A DNA stretch of 64,000 bases from Candidatus Amesbacteria bacterium (lineage in GTDB: Bacteria > Patescibacteriota > Microgenomatia > CAZETR01 > Amesbacteraceae): the NCBI GenBank assembly GCA_027331445.1, contig DAHWUD010000002.1:13018-77017 (forward strand). The letters are read 5' to 3'. Below, piece by piece: positions 9,499 through 20,128 of this stretch. The notes beneath the pieces were generated by a model. The model saw only the letters and a list, made by a program, of their open reading frames with translations, ran no database searches and had not been told where the DNA came from. Numbering within the stretch: position 1 is the stretch's first letter; every line of letters starts with the position of its first letter. A program made the position numbers and the translations under genes.

Positions 9499-10929
9499 TT
9501 ATTCAAAAGCGTGCACATTTACCCCAGATTTCCAATCTATCTCTGGACAACGGTGCAAAATCTTAACAATCTCAACTTTCATTCGGTCGTATTGCTCCTG
9601 AGTCTTCCCCTCAAATTTAATTGTTATATAGGGACCATTTTGACTCGCTCTCACAACCACCATCTCTTCTTTTGTATCAGCCCTAATCCCATCATTTTCT
9701 AAATATTCCGCGTCTGGCAATAGCCGCTTTATATCAGGAGAAATCTTTTCCGAAATCAGTTTAATTTTCAAATCATCGGCCAAACCCAATTTTATCTCTG
9801 GGCTAGATATGTACCTTGGAAGTTGATTCACCGCCTGTTTCAAAGACAACCCGGTCCTCTTAAGAAAATTCAGCAATCTTAAGGTGGCAAACGCTCCATC
9901 ATCATGACCATAAAAATTATCCATAAAGAAAAAATGTCCAGATAGCTCACCACCAAAAGGTGCCCGCACCTCTTTAACCTTAGCCTTAATAAAACTATGG
10001 CCAACAAGCCACATTACCGGCTTTCCTCCCGCTGCCACAATCGTGTCCGAAGTCCCCTTTGAACACAAAGTATTAATTACAATTGGACTTCCTGGTAAAT
10101 AATGCAAAATATCCTGAGCATACAAACATAACAGCACATCATTCCAAATTGGACGACCATCTTCATCAACAATACCCAGTCTGTCCCCATCTGCATCATA
10201 GGTTAGCCCCATATCTGCCTTCGCAGCAATAACCCCTTTTGCCAGTCTGTCCATCACTTCTTTTTCCGTCGGGTCTGGAGTACCCATTGGAAAACTTCCA
10301 TCCAAATTTGTATTTTGTTCCACTACCTCACATCCAGATTCGCGCAATATCTCTGGTAAAAACTTTCCTGTAGTAGCACAAGAAGAATCCACTACTACCT
10401 TCAACTTCATATCATGAATGGGTAACTTATCAAACAAATCTTTTTTGTAAACTGGGAATACATCGTCTTCCAATAAAATCCCTTTCCGACCCCAATCTTT
10501 AAACTCACCCTTATCAGCAATTTGCCTTACTTCTTGGATTTCATCTGACAACATCGTATCAGAAAATCCCACAGCCAACTTCAAGCCATTGAACTCTCTG
10601 GGGTTATGAGATGCAGTAATCATTGCTCCACCTTTACTTAAATAATGATATTGAGCGAAATACATGATCTGCGACAAAGAAAGACCAAAATCAGTTACAT
10701 CAATTCCCGATTCTAATAGTGCCTCCACAAATGCTTTTTTGTATATCTCCGAAGTCTCTCTAATATCCATCCCCACAACACAAGTCCGAATCTGCCTCCT
10801 GTACAAAAAAGTCGCGTAAGCCTTTCCTAAGGTGTAGTAGACATCCTCCGAAAGATCCTGATCCACCACCCCCCTTATATCGTATCCCCTAAAAATTTGC
10901 TTGTTCACAGAAACTATCTTATGCGGCAT
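9499..10929 (-). CDS. Phosphoglucomutase/phosphomannomutase family protein
   Basis: 476 aa. Active-site phosphoserine loop TASHNP, metal-binding DxDxDR-like loop (DADGDR), four-domain alpha-D-phosphohexomutase layout. Confidence 0.9.
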   Translation of the reverse strand: MPHKIVSVNKQIFRGYDIRGVVDQDLSEDVYYTLGKAYATFLYRRQIRTCVVGMDIRETSEIYKKAFVEALLESGIDVTDFGLSLSQIMYFAQYHYLSKGGAMITASHNPREFNGLKLAVGFSDTMLSDEIQEVRQIADKGEFKDWGRKGILLEDDVFPVYKKDLFDKLPIHDMKLKVVVDSSCATTGKFLPEILRESGCEVVEQNTNLDGSFPMGTPDPTEKEVMDRLAKGVIAAKADMGLTYDADGDRLGIVDEDGRPIWNDVLLCLYAQDILHYLPGSPIVINTLCSKGTSDTIVAAGGKPVMWLVGHSFIKAKVKEVRAPFGGELSGHFFFMDNFYGHDDGAFATLRLLNFLKRTGLSLKQAVNQLPRYISSPEIKLGLADDLKIKLISEKISPDIKRLLPDAEYLENDGIRADTKEEMVVVRASQNGPYITIKFEGKTQEQYDRMKVEIVKILHRCPEIDWKSGVNVHAFE

Positions 10930-10941
10930 TACTCCCTTATT

Positions 10942-11391
10942 TTACCAAAAACCGAAGCTGTAAGTCCACCGCCTTGGATATGCCCACCTTTTTATCACCA
11001 CAAACTCCTTCTTCTCCCCCTACTCAATTACTATTGGCCCAACTGTTACATCCGCCCCATTCAGCTTCCCCGCAATCCCGAAATACTTTGCCACCCTCCC
11101 TGGTCCCGACGCTCCCTCCACCCCTCGAATTAATACGCACCCGGCCTTCCTTGGCTTCTCCGCCGTCACATTAAAGCACCAGTGAATTCCGTAATCCTAA
11201 AATACATACACAATCCCTCCCCGCCCGTAAAACAACTGCTCGTTATGGCTAGCCGGATCCTCCTTCCCCAAATATGGCTCCGTCCCCGTGATCACTTTTC
11301 TTTTATCTTTAACCACTAAATATTTTCCCAATAGCTCCTGCGCCACCGTCACCGCGTCCCGGTCATAAAATTCTCTGGGCAATATTTTCAT
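10942..11391 (-). pseudogene. DNA-3-methyladenine glycosylase (MPG/AAG family) interrupted by two in-frame TAG codons
   Basis: The N-terminal 64 aa (FYDRDAVTVAQELLGKYLV...GGIVYVF) stop at TAG (11197-11199). The same frame continues as DYGIHWCFNVTAEKPRKAGCVLIRGVEG...KYFGIAGKL, which matches the MPG core (YGMxFCxN...LRxxEP). A second TAG at 11020-11022 is followed by in-frame sequence to TAA at 10942, 13 nt before the pgm-like start. Confidence 0.6.
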
Positions 11392-12371
11392 TTCAGATAT
11401 TTCCCGAAAAACTCTATATCAGCGGCCACGGCCCTGTCCCAGCCCGGAGTCATGTTATGGTCCGCGCCCGGGTACACCTCATAAGTAGCGTCTTTATTTA
11501 ACTTCTTTAATTGACTAAACAAGCTGTCGCTCCATGCCTGTGGTACCGAAGCATCAGCGCTTCCCTGCTGCAAAAACAATGTTGCCTGAATTCTCTCCAG
11601 ATGATCGGACAGGGAAAAAGCCCGCAGATTATAATCGCTTTCCAGCCTCTGGACTTCTTTACGCAGAGCCACGCCTTCATCTGCATTATCGTTGGTGTAA
11701 TACAGTACTGAGTACGGGAAATATATCGAAACCGGAGCCCATACCACCGTTGGATAATTTTTCTGCGTAATTTCCAGCACTGTCAGTGCAATCTGTCCCC
11801 CGTTACTGTGACCCCAAATCCCCACTTTTCCGTTCGCGTAATTCCACTTATCTACGGCTGCCAGCAAATTAATCGCCGTCGTATAAGATTCGAACCGCTC
11901 TGTCCAGGCGTCAGTCGAAGCCGGGTCTGATCCGCCGTAGCCCAAAAAATCCGGTGCCAGGGAAATATACCCCTCCTGGGCAAACTTCTCCGCCGTATGG
12001 TCCGTCCCATACCCGGGATAATAGACCGATTTATCGGCATATCCCCGGTATTGCACAATTACCGGGCATTTATTTTGCGTGTCGCACCCTACCGGGATAT
12101 GCGCCAGCCCCGTTACCTTTTTTCCGTCGCTCTCAAAATCAAACGTATATACACCGTATTTATTGGTTTTAACTTTCAGCTCATCAATATTTATTTGACT
12201 GCCGGTATACTGCCTGTTACCCAAATTAACTATTGTATATTTTAAATACTTAAAATCTTTTGGCTGAGTAATCTTTATTTCAGATATCTGCTTACTCCAC
12301 CATACCCTAATCCCATACTCCACTCCCAAACCCAAAACAATAACCAAGACGACCCCCACCCACCTCTTCAT
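11388..12371 (-). CDS. Alpha/beta hydrolase fold protein (secreted/membrane-anchored; GHSNG nucleophile elbow)
   Basis: 327 aa. N-terminal hydrophobic anchor, GxSxG motif (GIWGHSNGG), Asp and His downstream consistent with a catalytic triad. Confidence 0.7.
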   Translation of the reverse strand: MKRWVGVVLVIVLGLGVEYGIRVWWSKQISEIKITQPKDFKYLKYTIVNLGNRQYTGSQINIDELKVKTNKYGVYTFDFESDGKKVTGLAHIPVGCDTQNKCPVIVQYRGYADKSVYYPGYGTDHTAEKFAQEGYISLAPDFLGYGGSDPASTDAWTERFESYTTAINLLAAVDKWNYANGKVGIWGHSNGGQIALTVLEITQKNYPTVVWAPVSIYFPYSVLYYTNDNADEGVALRKEVQRLESDYNLRAFSLSDHLERIQATLFLQQGSADASVPQAWSDSLFSQLKKLNKDATYEVYPGADHNMTPGWDRAVAADIEFFGKYLK

Positions 12372-12389
12372 CCCTCCAGTTTACACCAA

Positions 12390-12523
12390 CAAAAAAGCGC
12401 ATTGTTCTCGGCCATGACCTATCTTCACGGATCCGCGAGGATCAGCTATTGTCAGCGCTGGCGCGTTTTACGGTTCTGTTCGGAATGGGAAGAGGTAGTT
12501 CCACGCCGCTCAGATGACCGAGA
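12390..12523 (-). rRNA. 5S rRNA (approximate ends)
   Basis: Reverse complement contains CCCATTCCGAACAGAACCGTAAAACGCGCCAGCGC, which matches the 5S consensus CCCATGCCGAACTCAGAAGTGAAACGCCGTAGCGC. Terminal helix I arms lie at 12387-12401 and 12509-12523. A T-run follows on the minus strand. Confidence 0.7.
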
Positions 12524-12904
12524 ACAATGCGCTCTTAATAAATTTTTAAAAGGTAGTTGTACCTTTAAAGGTGAAGAGAATAAGTAGTAGAAATAGTATG
12601 AAACTTCGATAGACCATTAGTACTGGTAAGCTCAACGCCTTACGACGCTTACACTGCCAGCCTCTTATACGGAGTAGTCTGCTCCGGGTCTTCGTCACCC
12701 TTGCGGGCAACAGAGTTTCTCATCTTGGGTAGGGTTTCCCACTTAGATGCTTTCAGCGGTTATCCCGTAGACACTTAGCTACCCGGCGATGCAACTGACG
12801 TTACAACCGGCACACCAGCGGTGTCTCCAACCTGGTCCTCTCGTACTGAGGTCGGACTCCCTCAAAAACTCCACGACTCTACTGGATAGAGACCGAACTG
12901 TCTC

Positions 12905-13672
12905 CATACTATAGGATAATATCCTATGAAAAGTTTCTGTTCTTTTCGTTCCACTATTTCTAATGGTACTGACTATATCTTCATCCCACATAATGCAGGA
13001 GCTGGCGTATTATAGGCTCCATTAAGGTCTGCCTATCTCACTACATCCAATCTTATGGACTGATGTAGATCAGTCGATACGGGGACAGAAGTGTTTGATT
13101 GTAAAAAATTTCTAAGCTGCAAAACTGTGTTTGTCCTCCTTTTGGAATAATTTAACTTTCCAAACCTATCCACTTCCTTTGCAATTCTTATCAAATCGCT
13201 TTTAGAAAACGAATTAAGACATTCGAGTTCTGTGGCAATCTTTATTGCCAACTTAGCTTGTCTTTTTTTAAGGATTAAATATGGTTCGACTTCTTCTAAA
13301 ACAGTTTTTACCTGTCTCAGACCAACAATTGTATATTCAGAAATGCCATCATTTCTGTCTCTAAGATATCCGGCTCGTAATTTATGTTTCAGCCATCTCA
13401 GTATTTTACTTTGAGAGGTTTTTTGATAAAACACAACACTCGCACGTATTTGATATCCAAGTTTATAGCCTTTCCGAAATACTAATTGAAAAAATATTGA
13501 ACCATCTCCGTCCAAAAAACCAGCTATATATGCTTTAGTTTTTTCAACCATAACACCTCGTCTTCCCACGGTATTGCCTTCTTGACGTTCGGTTATAATC
13601 AAGGAAGGTTTCACCGTTATTAGCCAAATTTAACATTGATGTTACCATCAAAGGTCGCAAGACTCAAGTTTA
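12905..13672 (-). mobile_element. Group I intron inserted in 23S rRNA at the I-CreI homing site (E. coli position ~2593)
   Basis: Exon sequence ...GCTGGGTTCAGAACGTCGT | GAGACAGTTCGGTC... matches E. coli GCUGGGUUUAGAACGUCGU|GAGACAGUUCGG. It is interrupted by 768 nt. The 5' exon ends in U, the intron ends in G, and the intron encodes a LAGLIDADG ORF. Confidence 0.75.
13033..13614 (-). CDS. LAGLIDADG family homing endonuclease (intron-encoded, single-motif I-CreI-like)
   Basis: 193 aa. Motif YIAGFLDGDGSIFF (LAGLIDADG). Located inside the 23S group I intron. Confidence 0.85.
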   Translation of the reverse strand: MKPSLIITERQEGNTVGRRGVMVEKTKAYIAGFLDGDGSIFFQLVFRKGYKLGYQIRASVVFYQKTSQSKILRWLKHKLRAGYLRDRNDGISEYTIVGLRQVKTVLEEVEPYLILKKRQAKLAIKIATELECLNSFSKSDLIRIAKEVDRFGKLNYSKRRTNTVLQLRNFLQSNTSVPVSTDLHQSIRLDVVR

Positions 13673-15768
13673 CGACGTTCTGAACCCAGCTCGCGTGCCC
13701 TTTTAACCGGCGAACAGCCGGACCCTTGGAAGGTACTGCCCCTCCAGGATAGGACGAGCCGACATCGAGGTGCCAAACCGCCGCGTCGATATGGACTCTT
13801 GGCGGCGATCAGCCTGTTATCCCTAGGGTAGCTTATATCCGTTAAGCTCGCTACCACCCACGTGGTATGCGAGGATCACTACGACCAACTTTCGTTTCTG
13901 CTCGAGCTGTCACTCTCGCAGTCAAGCGCACTTATGCCGTTACACGACCTGCTCGATTTCCATCCGAGCTTAGTGCACCTTAGTACTCCTGCGTTACTCT
14001 TTAGCAGGATACCTCCCCAGTAAAACTGCCAGCCAGACCTTTTCTCCTCCGGCGTTTCCAGCCGGACTAGGTTAGTTTTGAGATTCCAAAACGAGAGGTG
14101 TTTCAAGTTCGCCCGAAGGCTCCCTCCTACACTAAACTATTCCAAAATCCAAAACAGGGCCTGGGTACAGTAAAGCTCCATAGGGTCTTTTTGTCCTAGT
14201 AGAGTTAGGCCGCATCTTCACAGCCATTTCAATTTCGCCGGGTGATAGTTCAAGACAGTTATTCCCTCGTTAAACCTTTCGTGCGGGTCGGAACTTGCCC
14301 GACAAGGTACTTCGCTACCATAGAACAGTTATAGTTACTGCTGCCGTTCACTCGGGCTTCATTTCAGGGCTTGCACCCATCCACTTAACTTACGAGCACT
14401 GGGCAGGTATCAGCCCGTATACTTTCTCTTTCGAGTTTGCACGGACCTGTGTTTTAGTTAAACAGTCGAGGAATAAGCTTTTGTTGTAGGCCAGATAAAC
14501 TGGTCAGGACATCTTGCGAACTTACGTCCAGCTTTTTTGCCGAGTTCCTTGAACTACCTTCTCCCGATCGCCTTGGTCTTCTCGACCACCCCACCAGTGT
14601 CGGTTTGCGGTACGGCATAATAAAAGTCTCACTACGAATCTTTTCTCGAAAACAAAAGATCATCGGATTGCCAACTAATTTCTCAGCCGGCTCTACATAA
14701 CAGCTCAATTAAACGCCATGGTGGATTTTCCAACCACAACTGTCTTGCTGCTTACACGTTCTATATCACAAAAACGCCCGACTACTCTCATTCTGTCCAT
14801 CCCTAGTTAATAACGACTCTTACTATGTAGCCGAATTTCTACGGCTCGTCCATCGACTACGCCTCCTAGGGCCTCGTCTTAGGTGCCGACTCACCCTGGG
14901 ACAAACAATGTCGCCCAGGAAACCTTGGGGCTTCGGCGCTACAGATTCTCACTATAGTTACGCTACTCATTCCGGCATTCTCACTTGAAACCACTCCACA
15001 CCACCTCACGGTGATGATTCACGGTTGTTTCAACGCTCCCCTACCAATTATTTCGATGTAAACATCAAAATAAGTTTGCGTCTTCGGCAAAAGGCTTCAG
15101 CCTCGGTACATTTTCCGCGCCAAATTCCAGATCGACCAGTGAGCTGTTACGCTTTCTTTAAAGGATGGCTGCTTCTGAGCCAACCTCCTGGCTGTCTGAG
15201 GAATTTGACTACGTTCAACACTAAGCCTTTATTTAGAGGCCTTAGACGACAATCTGGGTTGTTTCCCTTTAGACCGGTCCGCTTAGCCGGATCGGGCTGA
15301 CTCCTCTGGTACGCAGTTAGCATTCGGAGTTTGATTAGAAGCTGTGCCTTGCGACACAACTCCCATCCAGTGCTCTACCTCTAACTGTAATCCAGAAGGC
15401 TATACCTATATATATTTCGGGGAGAGCCAGCTATCTCCTGGTTCGATTGGCATATTACCCCTAATCACAAGTCATCTCACAGGTTTGCAGTCCTGAAGAG
15501 TGCGGGCCTCCTCCCGGCTTTCGTCGGGGCTCACCCTGCTCATGATTAGCTCACCAGGTTTCGGGTCTTCCAACTGCTACTAAACGCCCTTTTAAGACTC
15601 GCTTTCGCTATGCCTACCCCCGCTTAGCGGGGTTAAGCTTGCAGCAATCGAAAACTCGCCGGATCATTCTTCAATAGGCACGACGTCATCCTGAGATCTT
15701 GCGACCAAAGGACTCCGTCTGCTTGACAGCAGACAATTTCAGGTACTATTTCACTAGGTTTTTAACCC

Positions 15769-15809
<41 letters not shown>

Positions 15810-16380
15810 ATCCACAAGTATTTAGTCTTGGAGAGTGGTCTCCCCGGATTCCCACAAGGTATTTGCCTCATGGTACTTGGGAACAAATTAGGGGGAACAC
15901 GGTTTTCACATACACGGCTATCACGTTCTTCGGCCTGCCATTCCGGGCAGTTCTGTTAACCATATTCCGTCCCACGTTATCTGCCCCGCAACCCCTCAGC
16001 CTTGCGACCAAGGTTTAGACTGTTCCGCTTTCGCTCACCGCTTACTCACGGAATCTCTTTGATTTATTTTCCTGCTCCTACTTAGATGTTTCAGTTCAGA
16101 GCGTGCCCTCCCCGCCATAGGCGGGGTCCTTAAAAAAGGGGGTTTCCCCATTCGGACACCGCTGGATCAAAGCTTCTTGACAGCTCCCCAACGACTATCG
16201 TGGTCAAGTACGTCCTTCTTCGGCCTGTGTATCCTAGGCATCCATTGTCTGCTTTACGGAAGTAAACATACGACTCTACTACATAATTCTCTTCACTTTT
16301 TAAGGTACAACTGGCCGCTTGAAAGCTGATCTCGATCCCCCCCGAAAGAGGAATCGGGACCAACTTTCAAAAGTAAATTG

Positions 16381-16453
16381 TGGACCGCAGGAGGGTCGAA
16401 CTCCTCACCTCAGCATTGCAAATGCTGCGCTCTACCAGATGAGCTAGCGGCCC
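16381..16453 (-). tRNA. tRNA-Ala (anticodon TGC)
   Basis: Reverse complement GGGCCGCTAGCTCATCTGGTAGAGCGCAGCATTTGCAATGCTGAGG...GTTCGACCCTCCTGCGGTCCA. It has the G3:U70 identity pair, a canonical TTCGA T-loop and anticodon loop TTTGCAA. It sits just 5' of the 23S gene. Confidence 0.9.
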
Positions 16454-16800
16454 GAGTTCTGCAGTCCTTAATTTTCAACTAAAAAAGCCTTCTTTCGAAG
16501 GCTTCATGATCGGCTTCCCACCAAGGCTAGTTCAGCCTTGTATTAGTGAGTGTATAAAGCCACGTTTTCATGAAATATATGCCCTCAAAAGGTATCCCCA
16601 TACTAACCCATGCCTCCTGCCTTGTCAACTCCCTCGTTTCCCTCAGTGATTTTTAAGAATTTAATGCTACACTTAGTCCATGTCCAAACTACTTACCAGA
16701 CCGTTTCTCCCTCTACCCAGTTCACCAACCGTATAGGGAAGACGGTAGGTAGCGGGCAAACACAGTTTGTTCGTTGCTTTACAATTCATACAACGAGGCC

Positions 16801-16827
16801 AAAACCCCGTCGCGAGACGGGGTTTTT
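16801..16827. terminator. Bidirectional rho-independent terminator-like hairpin (ccccgtc-gcga-gacgggg flanked by A/T runs)
   Basis: Perfect 7 bp GC stem with a 4 nt loop. A-run upstream and T-run downstream on both strands. Lies immediately 3' of the ABC permease gene on the minus strand. Confidence 0.5.
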
Positions 16828-16845
16828 AGTCCTGCTTTAGCCGAA

Positions 16846-18075
16846 TTATTCCCACCTTAAAGCTGTGATCGGATCCAGCTTCGCCGCCCGCATCGCCGGC
16901 GCGATTCCCGCCGTTACCCCCACCAGGCACGAAATTCCAAACGCCAACACGACCGACCCCGGTGTCACCGCTGTCGAAATAAACCGGCTTAGAAGCCATG
17001 CCAGACCTCCTCCCAGCAAAATCCCTATCATACCGCCCAAAACCGACAGCAATATTGCCTCCAGCAAAAACTGCGTCAGGATATCCCGATAAGTCGCCCC
17101 CACAGCCTTACGGAGGCCGATCTCCCGCGTCCGCTCCGTCACCGACACCAGCATGATATTGGCAATCCCAATTCCTCCCACCACCAGGGAAATGGCCGCG
17201 ATCCCCGACAGCGCCCCCGTAATCGTCCCCAAAACCGAATTAATAGTCGACAAAATCTGGGTCGGTTCTAAAACCGTGAAGTCGTCATTGGTGAGCTTCT
17301 TTCTGTAAAGGTAATTTTTAACTTTTGTGGCCGCCTGGGACATGGCATCCGGGCTTGTGGCAATCACAAAAATTTCCGCGGGGTTCTTAGCCCCGATCAG
17401 CTTTGCCGCCGCCGTCAGCGGTACAAACACAATGCTGTCCTGGTCTCCGCCGCCTCCAAACCCTCCGCCTTTGGAAACTGTAACTCCTATTACCTTAAAT
17501 TTTCTCCCTGAAATATCAATCTCCCGGCCCAACGGATCTTCACCGGCTGCAAACAGATTCTCCACCACTTTGGGGCCGATCACCGCCACCGCCTGAGATC
17601 TTTCCACCATCGGCCGATTGATCATCGTCCCGCTGGTCAACTCCAGGTTCATCACCTGCTTTATGTTTTCATCCACCCCGTCCAACGTCGCGTCGTAAGT
17701 CTTGTTCCTATACTTGACGGTTATGCTCTTGGTCACTGCCGAGCTAGCCGCCGAAATCGGATCCCCCAGCCGCCCGATATTCTGCACATCCTCAAACGTA
17801 AACTTGGACGTGAACCCGCCCGCAAACGCCGACCGCGCTCCTCCTCCGCCCCCGCCGCCCCCGCCCAGATTTACTTTCCCGGGCACCACAAACAGCACAT
17901 TTGAACCCAACTGTTTAAATTGCTCGGTAATATAAGCCTGCAGACCGTTGCCGATCGACACTAAAAGTATTACCGACGCCACACCGATAATAATTCCCAA
18001 TGCCGTGAGAAACGACCGGGTTTTATTCACCCGGACCGCCATCGTGGCCGTCCTGAAAAGTTCAATCGTGTCCAT
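16846..18075 (-). CDS. ABC transporter permease, MacB/FtsX family (MacB-like periplasmic domain + FtsX 4-TM domain; internal Gly9 run)
   Basis: 409 aa. N-terminal TM, large periplasmic domain, C-terminal FtsX-type TM bundle. In an operon with an ABC ATPase and an HlyD adaptor. Confidence 0.85.
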   Translation of the reverse strand: MDTIELFRTATMAVRVNKTRSFLTALGIIIGVASVILLVSIGNGLQAYITEQFKQLGSNVLFVVPGKVNLGGGGGGGGGARSAFAGGFTSKFTFEDVQNIGRLGDPISAASSAVTKSITVKYRNKTYDATLDGVDENIKQVMNLELTSGTMINRPMVERSQAVAVIGPKVVENLFAAGEDPLGREIDISGRKFKVIGVTVSKGGGFGGGGDQDSIVFVPLTAAAKLIGAKNPAEIFVIATSPDAMSQAATKVKNYLYRKKLTNDDFTVLEPTQILSTINSVLGTITGALSGIAAISLVVGGIGIANIMLVSVTERTREIGLRKAVGATYRDILTQFLLEAILLSVLGGMIGILLGGGLAWLLSRFISTAVTPGSVVLAFGISCLVGVTAGIAPAMRAAKLDPITALRWE

Positions 18076-18796
18076 TTTTTCCTCCCGTATCTTTAACTAT
18101 TTGTCCGTCTTTAATCACAATCTGCCGGTCCGCTTGACCTGCCAAATCTGGGTTATGCGTCACCAATACGAGTGTCACTCCCCGTTCATGCAGGTCCTCA
18201 AACAGTTTCATGATCTCAATTCCGGATTTGGTATCCAGGTTTCCCGTCGGTTCATCTGCCAGAAGTAGCGACGGATTGGTCACCAAAGCCCGGGCGATAG
18301 CTACGCGCTGCTGCTGCCCGCCGGACAATTGCGACGGTTTGTTGTTCAACCGGTCCCCCAGCCCTACCGCCCCCAGTTCTTTCTTAGCCCGGTCGTGCCT
18401 TTCCCCTGCCCCCATCCCCCGGTACACGAGCGGCAGTTCCACATTCCGGATGGCCGGCGTTTTCGGCAGCAGGTTGAACTGCTGGAACACAAATCCGATC
18501 TTTTCATTGCGCAATCTGGCCAGTTGATCATCCTTTAAGTTCATAATTTCCGTCCCATCCACAAATATTTTTCCCTTACTCGGCCGGTCCAGCAGACCGA
18601 TGAGGTGTAAAAGTGTGGATTTTCCGCTTCCCGACGGCCCGGTTATTGCCACAAACTCTCCCTTGTGTATTTCAAAACTGGCTTCCGCCAGCGCCTCCAC
18701 CACCGTCCCCCCTTCATTGGGATTGCCGTACTCTTTCCCCACGTCCCGAAACTCAATAACTGGAGTTGCGCTATTTGTCATATACAAATTTCCCAC
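18062..18796 (-). CDS. ABC transporter ATP-binding protein (MacB/LolD-like)
   Basis: 244 aa. Walker [10 protein letters not shown], signature [15 protein letters not shown], Walker [13 protein letters not shown]. Confidence 0.9.
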   Translation of the reverse strand: MGNLYMTNSATPVIEFRDVGKEYGNPNEGGTVVEALAEASFEIHKGEFVAITGPSGSGKSTLLHLIGLLDRPSKGKIFVDGTEIMNLKDDQLARLRNEKIGFVFQQFNLLPKTPAIRNVELPLVYRGMGAGERHDRAKKELGAVGLGDRLNNKPSQLSGGQQQRVAIARALVTNPSLLLADEPTGNLDTKSGIEIMKLFEDLHERGVTLVLVTHNPDLAGQADRQIVIKDGQIVKDTGGKNGHD

Positions 18797-18813
18797 TCTT
18801 AGATTAAGGGGTA

Positions 18814-19812
18814 TTACTTAATAACTACTTTATCCCCCTCATTAAGCCCGCCGGTTACCTGAATATCATTCACTCCCGCGAGCCCCGTTTCTATCGTCGC
18901 CGTTTTCCCGTTTGGCAGATTTACTACATTATCATTCACCGCCTCGATTGGCAGCGTCAATACGTTTTTTGCCGTCCCCAGGATTATGTCCGCATCTCCG
19001 TTCATACCGATTCTGAATTTGCTCTGAATAGGATCGGTCACCGCCATCTCTACCGGAAACACCGTCGCCCCTGTCGAAGAAATTTGCGTCACATAGCCGA
19101 TTCTTTGCACAGTCGCGTCAATCGTCTGCCCTGAAAATGCGTCCAGCGTCAGCCGCGCCGGCATCCCTACCTCCACCCCTCCGATATCTGTCTCGTCCAC
19201 CTCCGCTTCAAAGTGCAAACTGGCCGGATCCACCACGGTCGCTCCGTCAGTCACCCCCACCGTATCCCCCACGGCATTGGCAGTGATATTTGTCACTATC
19301 CCGTCAAAAGGGGCGTATAGCGTCGAGTTGTGCAGCGCTCGCTGCGCCTTCAGCCATACATCGTACGCTTCATCTCTGGCCGTTTGGGCGGCCACCCGGG
19401 CGTTCTTTTGGGCAAAAGTTTCATCGCTGTCATGACCTTTCACACTGTCCTCCACCTCTTTGGCGTTTGCATCCGCCGCCAGATACGCATAGTAATCGTC
19501 CCGCACCGCGGTTTCCAAATCTCCCGGATCCAAAGATAGCAGCGCCTGCCCTTTCTTGACGCTGTCCCCTTCTGCTACTCCCACGTAGGACAACTTTCCC
19601 GCCGCCGGGAACGTCAGAGTTGCCTCTTTATCCGAAACTATCTCCCCGGACACCGACAATACACTCTCAATATCCTTTCTGGTCACCTGGACGATTTTAA
19701 CCGCTGCTGCTGCTTTCCTGGCCGCCACGCCTGCCCGCCACCACCAAACCCCCAACCCGGCCAAAATCACGACGGCGATGATAATATTTCTTTTAGTCAG
19801 AAATTTCCGCAC
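18814..19812 (-). CDS. HlyD/MacA family periplasmic adaptor (membrane fusion protein)
   Basis: 332 aa. N-terminal TM anchor, coiled-coil region, beta-barrel/lipoyl-like segments typical of RND/MacA adaptors. Confidence 0.8.
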   Translation of the reverse strand: MRKFLTKRNIIIAVVILAGLGVWWWRAGVAARKAAAAVKIVQVTRKDIESVLSVSGEIVSDKEATLTFPAAGKLSYVGVAEGDSVKKGQALLSLDPGDLETAVRDDYYAYLAADANAKEVEDSVKGHDSDETFAQKNARVAAQTARDEAYDVWLKAQRALHNSTLYAPFDGIVTNITANAVGDTVGVTDGATVVDPASLHFEAEVDETDIGGVEVGMPARLTLDAFSGQTIDATVQRIGYVTQISSTGATVFPVEMAVTDPIQSKFRIGMNGDADIILGTAKNVLTLPIEAVNDNVVNLPNGKTATIETGLAGVNDIQVTGGLNEGDKVVIK

Positions 19813-19907
19813 AATACCCCCCCTTAGTATAGTTGAGCCCGTTCATTATATCCAATTACCGACCCTCGCTCAAATTCCCTCCCTAGGCTATAATTAAGCC
19901 CAAGCTT

Positions 19908-20029
19908 GGGTCGCAGGTATCAGCGGTAGAACGCTTTCCTAATCACGAACCCGATATAATCGGGTGAGAGATAGAGAAGCTTTTGGGGCAGGGGCCCCAA
20001 GTTGCTTCGATATAAGAAAGAAGTGCATG
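19908..20029 (+). other. Degenerate partial copy of tRNA-Ile(GAT) (5' half + anticodon/variable arm) carrying a ~70 nt structured insertion in the anticodon loop
   Basis: GGGTCGCAGGTATCAGCGGTAGAACGCTTTCCT-[insert]-ATAAGAAAGAAGTGCATG aligns to the downstream intact tRNA-Ile. It lacks the T-arm and 3' acceptor strand. The insert contains a perfect 7 bp hairpin TTGGGGC-AGGG-GCCCCAA. It is preceded by a -10-like TATAAT at 19889-19894. Confidence 0.5.
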
Positions 20030-20049
20030 CTTTAAAATCGATTCCAAAT

Positions 20050-20124
20050 GGGCTGCTGGTTCAGCGGTAGAACGCTTTCCTGATAAGAAAGAAGTGCATG
20101 GTCCGACTCCATGGCAGCCCACCA
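20050..20124 (+). tRNA. tRNA-Ile (anticodon GAT), CCA encoded
   Basis: GGGCTGC-TG-GTTC-AGCGGTAGA-GAAC-G-CTTTC-CTGATAA-GAAAG-AAGTG-CATGG-TCCGACT-CCATG-GCAGCCC-A-CCA. All stems pair. T-loop TCCGACT is slightly non-canonical (C at position 55). Opposite strand to the rRNA genes. Confidence 0.85.
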
Positions 20125-20128
20125 CACC

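Noticed and set aside
10942-11391. Genome-wide reassignment of TAG (amber) to a sense codon, as an explanation for the two in-frame TAGs in the MPG-like gene
   Set aside because: TAG is the terminating codon of well-aligned housekeeping genes in the same window: rpsA at 6019-6021, radA at 4692-4694 and the ftsB-like gene at 55426-55428. Global recoding is therefore not supported. Local readthrough or a pseudogene remain possible.
17850-17882. G/C-rich run (ggcggcggggcggcggcgggggcgg) that looked like a simple repeat
   Set aside because: It is in-frame within the MacB-like permease and encodes a Gly9 linker. It is not an independent repeat element.
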